Assembly: GCA_963822125.1 (NCBI GenBank)
Contig: CAWGGQ010000017.1
Location: 14,357-78,356, forward strand
DNA: 64,000 bases
DNA from: an uncultured Gammaproteobacteria bacterium
Lineage (GTDB): Bacteria > Pseudomonadota > Gammaproteobacteria > Pseudomonadales > Azotimanducaceae
Direction of reading: 5' to 3'
Shown: piece by piece, positions 56,251 through 64,000 of the stretch
Position numbering within the stretch: the stretch's first letter is position 1
Layout: every line of letters starts with the position of its first letter
Made by a program: the position numbers and the translations under genes
Notes under the pieces: generated by a model
Seen by the model: the letters and a program-made list of their open reading frames with translations, nothing else
What the model was told of the DNA's origin: nothing
Database searches by the model: none

Positions 56251-58380
56251 GTGATGTTCACTTCCAACAGGCGATCGTCGATCACGCGGTACGTTGCCCT
56301 TTCCATGTGTTTGGCCTCGGTCTCGGTGGCGGCGCAGGAACCGAGCACCACGATCGAAACGCTGAACATCACCAGCGATCGGCTGACCCTGCCGGAGGCA
56401 CGCCAGGCGATCGCGCAGATTCCGGGCGGCGCAACGCTCGTCGACATGAACAAGGTGAGCGAGCGAAACGTATCGAGCCTGGCCGATGCGCTGCGTTATG
56501 TGCCTGGCGTCTTCTCGGAGAGTCCCAACGGCACCGAGGCCGCCTTCCTCTCGAGCCGCGGCTCCAATCTCGATGCGACCGACTACGACACGAACGGCGT
56601 GAAGATGCTGCAGGACGGCCTGCCGGTTACGACGGCCGACGGCAACAATCACAACCGTTTCATCGACCCGCTCAGTGCACGCTATGCAACAGTCGCGCGC
56701 GGTGCGAACGCGCTGACGTATGGCGCCAGCACACTCGGCGGCGCCATCGCGTTCGTTTCGCCCACAGCGCGCGACAGCGAACCTGTCGAGGTGCGGGTAA
56801 GCGGCGGCAGCTATGGGCAGTTGCAGGGGCGTGCGACGGTCAGCGGCGAGTTCAGTGACCAACTCGACGGCTTGCTGACCGTGGACGGAAAGCAATGGGA
56901 CGGCTATCGCGATCACAGCAAACAGACTCGCTATAGCGCGTACGGCAATACCGGATGGCAGGTGGCCGACGGCGTCACGACACGTTTGTACGGCACCTAC
57001 ATCAAGAACGAGGAGGAACTCGCCGGGGTCGTCGAGTGCAGCGCAGGTGAATCAAGATCCGGATCAGGCGAACCCGGCTGCGATCGGGGGCAACTTTCAG
57101 CTGAATGTCGATACCTGGCGTGTCGCCAACACCACTACGTGGCAGATCGACGCGGACCGCAGCTTCTACGTCGGCTTCGTACGAAGAGCAGCAGCTCTAT
57201 CACCCGATCGTCGACAAGATCATGGTCGACCCCGATGGCCCGGGCCCGATTCCGGAATTTGAAGTATTCAGCCTGCTCATCGACACCAATCACGTCAACG
57301 CCGGCGCGGCGCTGCGCTACGAGCAGCGTGTCGGCGCGCACGAGCTGCTGTTCGGCCTGAACTACGGCGACAGCTCGGTGGACGGCAATCACTACCGCAA
57401 CGACGGCGGCGACACGCAACGGCGTCACCGAGGAGATCGACAACTCCGCCAGCAGCGTCGAGGGCTTTGCGATGGATCGCTGGCAGTTCGCCGACCGCTG
57501 GACGCTGATCGTCGGTGCGCAGCGTGGGCCGCCGATCGTGACGCGAAGACGCGTCGATATTGGCGACCGGCGCCACTCAGCAATCCGAACGACGACTACT
57601 CCACCGTGAATCCGCGCATCTGGCGTGATCTACGCGCTCACTGACGACGCCACCGTTGTACGCAAACGTCAGCCGCCTGTACGAGCCGCCGACCAACTTC
57701 GAGTTGGCGGACGACCTGGCGGGCAACAACCATGTGCTCGACTCCGATGAAGGGTACCGTTGCGGAAATCGGCAGCGCGGCGGTCAAGGCAACATCGGTT
57801 CGCGCAACAGCTGGGGATGGGAAGTGAACGTCTACTACGCGTCGATCCAGGACGAGATCCTGTCGGTGGACGATCCGAACGCGCCCGGTACGAGTCTGTC
57901 GACCAACGTCGACCAGACGATTCACGCCGGTATCGAAGCGCTCGTCGACTTCCGTCTCGCGCTGGATGATTCGGGCACGCAGGTGATCGTGCCCATGCTC
58001 AGCATCAGCCTGAACGATTTCTCGTTCGACAACGACGACGTGTACGGCAGCAATCAGCTGCCTGCCGCACCGGACTATCTCGTGCGCGGCGAAGTCCTGT
58101 ATCGCAACGCGAACGGCCTCTTTGCTGGCCCTACGTTCGACATGGTCGGCAAGCGCTATGCCGACTTCGTCAACAGCTACACGGTGGATTCGTACAACCT
58201 GCTCGGTTTCCGCGCGGGATGGGACAGGGATACGTGGCGCGTATGGGCGGAGGTCCACAACGTGCTCGACGAGAATTACATCGCGACGATCGGTGTGCGC
58301 AACGTGGCTGCGCCTGAGCGGAGATACTCAACCCGGGCATGCCGCGTGCTGCATTCGTGGGCGTTGAGGCGCGGCTGTGA
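56251..58380 (+). pseudogene. TonB-dependent outer-membrane receptor with about 9 frame changes
   Basis: Signal peptide and an intact plug domain (LADALRYVPGV, ASTLGGAIAF). The barrel segments QVNQDPDQANPAAIGGNF, YEEQQLYHPIVD, RNGVTEEIDNSASSVEGFAMDRWQF, YANVSRLYEPPTNFEL, WGWEVNVYYASIQDEIL and AEILNPGMPRAAFVGVEARL are spread over all three frames. Confidence 0.8.
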
Positions 58381-58550
58381 GCTGACACTCGCCTGACGAC
58401 CGTGTCCGCCGCGCCGCGGCGAAGCGCGACTCAACGTCGTTTCTCAAGGACGTGGCGCCGCTGCCCGGGATTTTCTCGGTGATCAGACTGCGGGTGACGA
58501 TGTGGGCAGGCAACGGATGTCGATGACGGGCGTTCGGCTGGTTGGCGCGC

Positions 58551-59241
58551 TCACGCGTGCGCGATCCAACCGCGCCACGCCATGCCGACGTAGAAAACCT
58601 CCGCTTGCTTGAATCCGGCATCGCGAAGCAGCTGTTCGTTTCGGTTGGGTGGAACCATGCACTGGTTCGCGCGAAGGTGCTCCTTAGCACCTGAAACAGT
58701 CCTGGCGTCGAACCCGAAGCCAGCGCGTACGCGCCGTATCGCTCGACGCGCTGCTCGAAGTCGGGCGCCGAACGATCGATGCACTGATCCACCAGTACGA
58801 ACGGTGCCCCCGGCTTCAGCCTGCGATGAACGTTCTCGAGCGTGCGCGCCTTAGTGCCATCGTCAGGAATTACGTGCAGAACGAGGATGCACGTGGCCGC
58901 ATCGAACGGTCCAAGTGGAGCATCGAGTACTGTTCCTTCGATCAACGTCAATCGATCGCCCGCCGCCGGCCCCGCAACGGTGCGTGCCATGTCGAGCATC
59001 GGTCGAGCAGGATCGACGCCGACGAACCGGCATCGCGGCAACGCGCCGGCCAGGTAACGCGTTTCGAGACCGCCACCGGCGCCGACGATGAGGAGGTTTC
59101 CTCCTGCGGTACTCGTTCGGCCAGCAGCACGCCGATCATCTGCAGCAGTCCGGCATGTCCCGGTGTAAACGCGGGTGGACCGTCGGTGATGTATCGCCGG
59201 ACCCGCTCGGCGTTCTCGTACATGTCGGTTGGGGATCCCAT
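58551..59241 (-). pseudogene. Class I SAM-dependent methyltransferase; about 2 frame changes (about 59090 and 58700)
   Basis: MGSPTDMYENAERVRRYI.., then CRFVGVDPARPMLDMAR..LVLHVIPDD..LKPGAPFVLVD, then LLRDAGFKQAEVFYVGMAWRGW, in three frames. Confidence 0.7.
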
Positions 59242-59545
59242 CTCACGCTCCTTTCGCGATCGCCGGGGAGGCACGCGGGCGGCAGGATCGGTTCGTCGGC
59301 CGGCAAAGCCAATGCGACAAAATGCCGCACCTGCAATCTCCCTCTCCGAGGCGCGGACGAATTTCGACGGCGGGAGGATTCCCAACGTACGTGTGTCCGA
59401 ACAAACGATTCGAGTGGTGGGGCTGACGCTCGATCTGCGATCAGCTAGCCTGCCGGTGTCGTTTTGCTCGAATGCCGCGCGCGTCGCGGATTCCTAAGGA
59501 AGGTGGGGATGCTCCGATCGATTGCGTGACGTCGAAAGTACTGCG

Positions 59546-60223
59546 ATGACCAACGTACTTCCGACCAACGCACTTCCGAAAGGTGAGGACTACCGCGGGG
59601 CGCGCACGCTCGCGATTTGCGGTGCGATCGCGGCGAGCCTCGGCGACCTCATGTTGCTGTACGTCGGTAATTCCCAGCGTCCTGAACTCGGTTTGGCTGC
59701 GGCGCCTTCGTGGGTGCTGTCGTTCGGCGCGCTGCTCGGCGTCATCGGAATTCCGCTGTACGGTTTCGGTTATCTCGGATTGCGCCGTGCTTACGCCCCG
59801 CGCACGCCCACGCTTGCGAACGTGTGCGGCGTTGCCGGCATGATCGGCTGCGTCATCGGCGCGGTCGTACACGCGCTGACGGCCCGGGCCATCGACGCAT
59901 CGCTCGCCGCACGTGCTGCAGCGCAGGCGCCGCTCGACGCAGTGGCGGCATCCGGCGGAGCGCTCGGCATCAGTTGGGCGGCGTGCGGAATTGCGTTTCT
60001 CGTAGCATCCGTCGCGTTCGCAGCCATCCAGTGGCGCACCGCGTCGTCGCGTGCACTCGCGCTCATGAACCCGATTGTCGTCACGATCGCAATCGTGCTG
60101 GCGTCGATGCCTTCGGAGTGGCTGCGATCGTTCGCCGCGCCCGCGTCGGCGAATCTGGCGCACGTCGCGTTCTACCTGTTCTGGTCGGTGTCCCGACTGG
60201 GGCGTTCCGCGCGAGTCGAGTAG
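59546..60223 (+). CDS. Integral membrane protein, unknown function
   Basis: Six hydrophobic helices; intact ORF. Start taken at MTNVLPT. Confidence 0.55.
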   Translation: MTNVLPTNALPKGEDYRGARTLAICGAIAASLGDLMLLYVGNSQRPELGLAAAPSWVLSFGALLGVIGIPLYGFGYLGLRRAYAPRTPTLANVCGVAGMIGCVIGAVVHALTARAIDASLAARAAAQAPLDAVAASGGALGISWAACGIAFLVASVAFAAIQWRTASSRALALMNPIVVTIAIVLASMPSEWLRSFAAPASANLAHVAFYLFWSVSRLGRSARVE

Positions 60224-60341
60224 CTTCGCGCCGCGTCTCATCACCTGCGCTGACGAATCGAGGGAAGCGCTCACGCGTGACCGATCGCGTCCTCGTCCCA
60301 CGGCGGCAACCGTGTTTCCATTGCACGCTCGACTACGGGGT

Positions 60342-60892
60342 GTGCGGAGCGATGGCGATCGGTATTGGGAAGTCGTCGCGGGGTGCTGGCTCGCGTTCGC
60401 GATCGTCTGGGGCGTGGCGGGGTGGCGCATCAAGGCGCCGAAGCGGCGTGCGTCGATCGGCTTCACGCTGCTCAACACGGTCGTTCTGTACGCAGGACTC
60501 ATCCTGCTGTTGCTGGCGCGGGTGAACAATCCGGCGATCGGCGTTCGCTTCGTCCCCGATTTGCCGGCCGTCGGCGTGCTGGGCGTGTTGCTGATCGTCG
60601 CGGGCTTTGCGTTCGCCCTCTGGGCGCGGTGGGTGCTCGGCACGAATTGGAGTGCGACCGTGCGCGTTGGCGAAGGGCAGCGGATCGTACAGGGCGGACC
60701 GTACGCGCGCGTGGCGCACCCGATTTATACGGGCATCGGGCTCGCGGCGCTCGGTACGGCTATCGTCAGCGGCACACTCGGCAGCTTGCTTTTGCACCGC
60801 CCCTCGTTCGGAGCGTTAGTCGCGAGAAGCATTGCGCGAGCACCTATTGTTCGTCGCGCCACGTACCGTGGAATCCCATCGGCACGCGATGA
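60342..60892 (+). pseudogene. Isoprenylcysteine carboxyl methyltransferase (ICMT/PEMT-like) family membrane protein; 3' end uncertain or frameshifted
   Basis: Has four TM helices and the QGGPYARVAHPIYTGIGLAALG motif. The expected C-terminal REE..L..F segment is split over frames near 60800-60850. That tail also overlaps the convergent carotenoid-oxygenase 3' end. Confidence 0.5.
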
Positions 60893-62255
60893 TCGAGGTC
60901 GGCGCGCGCGATCGGGCCGTCGACCAGGTGTTGCGCGTCGAAGATCGCAAGGTGACTCGCGTTGCGCGTTTCGTCGAACACCGTTGCCAGCAGATAGCCT
61001 TCACCTTCGTCCGCGTCCGCGCCTTTCGCGACGAATACCGGTTCGGACACCGCGCAGCGATCGCCCACGTGGAAGGTCTGCATGGTGCCGGTGTCGTGGT
61101 CGAATCGACCGATCGCGCGCTGGAACATGTCGCCGGTGCCTGGGCCGCCGATGCACGCCACGTAGCCGTACCGGTATGGCAAACCGACACGACGTTCGTC
61201 GATGCGCGGATATTCACAGACGACATCGCTGAGGCGCTGCATCGTGAAGGTCTCGCTTTCGGGCCGGTCGATGCTCCAGCGGGTCAGATACTGGCGCAGT
61301 GAGGTTTCGTCTGGCGTGGGTCCGTGTGCCGGTGGAAATGCGGGAGCCTGCTGCTGACAGACGTCGATGTAGATGCGCTTGCCCTTGTTGAATGCGTTCA
61401 TCGAGTGCCACGCCATACACGCGTCGCCCGTGTACCAGCGCGTGTCTTCCGCGCGGCCATCGCGCGGCATCACTCCGACATGCGTACCGAGATAGGGCTC
61501 CCACGCGATCGGTGCACCGCCGGCGCGGGCGCGCTCGACCGACAACGTGACCGGACACACCGCGAAGATCACGTAGTCGTGCGTTATCGCGAAGTCGTGC
61601 ACGAGCGCGGGAAACGGACCTTGCACCGACTGATGGCGCACGATGGGCCGCCGTGCATGTCGGCCGCATAGAACGCGAGCTCTCCTGTGAATGCGCGTGA
61701 GGGAAGTTCGCGAAGAACAGCATTTCTCCGGTAACCGGATCGATCTTCGGATGAGCCGTCATGTTGCCGGGCAACTGGCTGATCGAATGTCCACGGCCCG
61801 ATCGTATCGAGCGAGTGCGGATCGATCTCGATGGGGCCGTGGCCTTCTTCGAGCGCCAGCAGTTTGCCGCCATGCCAGACAACGTGTGTGTTCGCCACGC
61901 CGTTGCTGCGTACACCTTTTACTTCGGGATCGATGTCGCGTGGATCGCCCGACGTGCTGAACAGCGCGCGCCCGGCCGCGCGTTCGAGCGTCCACTGTTG
62001 CGTGCGCACCCAGCGGTTGCGATACGCCACGCGTCCTCCCTCGATGTGAAACGCGTGCACCATGCCGTCGGCTTGCAGCGGGTTGTAGTGGCCGCGCGGT
62101 GCGAACTGAGGGTTCGGGCCGATCCGGTACAACGTGCCGTGCAAGTCGCGTGGAATTTCGCCGTGCACGAACAGGTCGGCGTTGTCGCACTCCATGCGGA
62201 TCGGCTCGAAGCCGCCTTGCAGGAGCGGGTTATCGGTCGGAAACGGACGTGCCAT
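60844..62255 (-). pseudogene. Carotenoid cleavage oxygenase (RPE65/CCD) family; about 3 frame changes (about 61790, 61700, 61640)
   Basis: FEPIRMECDNADLFVHGEIPRDLHGTLYRIGPNP..GMVHAF, then GNMTAHPKIDPVTGEMLFF, then FPALVHDFAITHDYVIF..MAWHSMNAF..VPMGFHGTW. The His ligands are present but lie in different frames. Confidence 0.8.
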
Positions 62256-62404
62256 GCGATGTGCCCTCCGGTAGACCCCTCCAACGATCAAGGCCGACGC
62301 ACGGCGAATAATCTGAAAGAGCAGTCTTGTATCGATTCTCGGGATCAGCCGCCCGCACGGTATGCTGCGATTCATGCTCGAATAAACGGCCGGGTAGTCG
62401 GCAT

Positions 62405-63465
62405 CATGGACAGTACGTTTCTAAGCGGTTCGGCTTATCGATTCCCATCGTTCAGGCGCCGATGGCGGGGGCGCAGGGCAGCGCCCTCGCGATTGCCGTC
62501 AGCAACGCCGGTGGTTTGGGTTCGTTGCCCACCGCGATGTTCGGCGTCGATGCGTTGCGTGCGGAATTGAAATCGGTGCGCGCCGGAACGAACCGCCCGT
62601 TCAACGTGAACTGTTTCTGCCACACGGCGCCCGTTGCGGACGCAGCGCGCGAGGCCGCCTGGCGCGGGAGCTGGCGCAGTATTACCGTGAGTTCGCAATC
62701 GACCCCGCCAGCATTCCGAAGGGGCGGCCGCCGTCCGTTCGATGCGGCGATGGCCGACCTGCTGGCCGAGTTCGCGCCGCCGATCGTGAGTTTTCACTTC
62801 GGGCTCCCTTCCGCCGATCTCGTCTCTCGCGTCAAGAAATGGGGCGCCTCAGTGTGGTCGTCAGCGACTACGGTGGACGAGGCGCGCTGGCTCGAGGAAC
62901 ACGGCGCCGACGTGGTCATCGCGCAAGGGGTGGAAGCGGGCGGCCACCGCGGAATGTTCCTGAGCAGCGACATCACCACGCAGATCGGTACTTTCGCACT
63001 GCTGCCGCAGGTCGTGCAGGCGGTAAAGGTTCCGGTGATTGCCGCGGGCGGTATTGTCGATGCAAACGGAGTGGCGGCGGCGCTCGCACTCGGTGCGGCG
63101 GCTGCAAAGTGGGCAGCGCTTATCTGCTGTGCCCCGAAACGACTATCGGCGCAGTGCATCGCGCGGCGCTGAAGAGCAACGCAGCGCGGCACACCGCGCT
63201 GACCAACGTGTTCACCGGCCGTCCGGCGCGCGGCATCGTCAATCGCATCATTCGCGAACGGGGTCCGATCCGCATCGCGGCGCCGGCGTTCCCGTTGGCG
63301 GGCGCTGCGCTTGCGCCGATCCGCGCGAAGGCCGAGGGGGCGGCAGCGGCGAATTCTCCCACTGTGGTGTGGGCAGAACCCCACGGGATTCCGTGAGATT
63401 CCGGCGGCGGATCTACGCGCGAGCTGGCGGCCGGCCTTCATCGATGCCGCACAACGTCACCCTGA
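62405..63465 (+). pseudogene. Nitronate monooxygenase (NMO, 2-nitropropane dioxygenase-like) with at least 4 frame changes
   Basis: FGLSIPIVQAPMAGAQGSALAIAVSNAGGLGSLP; ELAQYYREFAIDPASIP (out-of-frame island); VIAQGVEAGGHRG; VGSAYLLCPETTIGAVHRAAL; FSPLWCGQ. The start and end are approximate. Confidence 0.75.
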
Positions 63466-64000
63466 TCGCGACCATCGCCGCGGCGCTGCCTCGGGCTGGC
63501 GCTGGTCCTCGGCTTCATCGCCGTGCGGCTGCGCCTGCCGGCGCTCGTCGGCTACCTGGTCGCCGGCATCCTCATCGGCCCGGCAACGCCGGGTTTCGTC
63601 GCCGACGTCGAGCTGCGCAGCAACTCGCCGAGATCGGCGTGATGCTGCTGATGTTCGGCGTCGGGCTGCACTTTTCGCTCGAGGATCTGCTCGCGGTGCG
63701 GCGCATCGCGTTGCCCGGGCGCTGTCGTGCAGATCGTGGTGGCGACTGCGCTCGGCGCGCGCGCTGCGCGTTGTGGGGCTGGAGCCTCGGCGCGAGCCTC
63801 GTCTTCGGCCTGGCGCTGTCGGTGGCGAGCACGGTGGTGCTGCTGCGCGCGCTGGAAAGCCGCGGGCAGCTCGAATCGGTGAACGGCCGCATCGCCGTCG
63901 GCTGGCTGGTGGTCGAGGACCTCGTGATGGTGCTGGTGCTGGTGCTGCTGCCGGCGCTGGCGGGCTGGCTCGGCGGCAACGCGGCGGCGGAGCGCCGGAG
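63444..64000 (+). pseudogene. Kef/YbaL-type monovalent cation:proton antiporter (CPA2), 3' end off-window, with two out-of-frame islands
   Basis: Frame 0 gives MPHNVTLIATIAAAL, QQLAEIGVMLLMFGVGLHFSLEDL and LWGWSLGASLVFGLALSVASTVVLLRALE..VGWLVVEDL. LGLALVLGFIAVRLRLPALVGYLVAGILIGPATPGF and AVVQIVVATALGA read in another frame. Confidence 0.7.

Noticed and set aside
60800-60892. Functional antisense overlap between the ICMT-like gene and the carotenoid oxygenase 3' end
   Set aside because: The ICMT C-terminus is itself split across frames here. The apparent overlap depends on which frame is chosen, so it is more likely decay or annotation uncertainty than a designed overlap.
1-64000. Programmed ribosomal frameshifting or transcriptional slippage as an explanation for the split genes
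   Set aside because: There are more than 40 events in unrelated genes and both shift directions occur. I noticed no shared slippery heptamer or downstream structure, and several genes need 3-9 shifts. Mutation or sequencing error is far more plausible.
1-64000. tRNA, rRNA, riboswitch or prophage content
   Set aside because: I recognised no cloverleaf-like or rRNA-like segments and no phage structural or integrase genes. The intergenic regions are mostly too short. The few long ones (59242-59545, 62256-62404) showed no motif I could assign.

Overview
GC-rich bacterial chromosomal segment, probably proteobacterial, with four zones. (1) Bases 1 to about 5.8 kb are an integron-type gene-cassette array. 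Nine attC-like sites of 70-117 bp run from an inverse core such as GCCTAAC to a core such as GTTAGGC, and each follows one short plus-strand ORF. No integrase lies in the window, so intI is either upstream of base 1 or absent (CALIN-like). (2) From 6.6 to about 42 kb there are about 60 small single-domain genes, almost all on the plus strand. Many are joined by ATGA/GTGA stop-start overlaps although their functions are unrelated. They include 10 VOC/glyoxalase, 4 GFA, 4 GNAT, 3 GST, 4 amidohydrolase, DUF1801, cupin, LanC-like, macro domain and hydantoinase plus DUF917. No attC sites separate them. (3) From 42 to 50.5 kb lie an MFS transporter, a cytochrome c lipoprotein, a tandem Usp, ada with a coupled 2OG-Fe(II) oxygenase, and a cupredoxin / HAMP adenylate cyclase / outer-membrane protein module. 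(4) From 50.5 to 64 kb nearly every gene is broken by several 1-nt frame changes. This zone also holds a cluster of five REP-like repeats directly upstream of a RAYT-type Y1 transposase. I saw no rRNA, tRNA or CRISPR. I inferred more than 40 frame changes by reading conserved protein motifs across frames. I cannot tell real pseudogenes from sequencing indels without reads. Start codons and frameshift positions are approximate.
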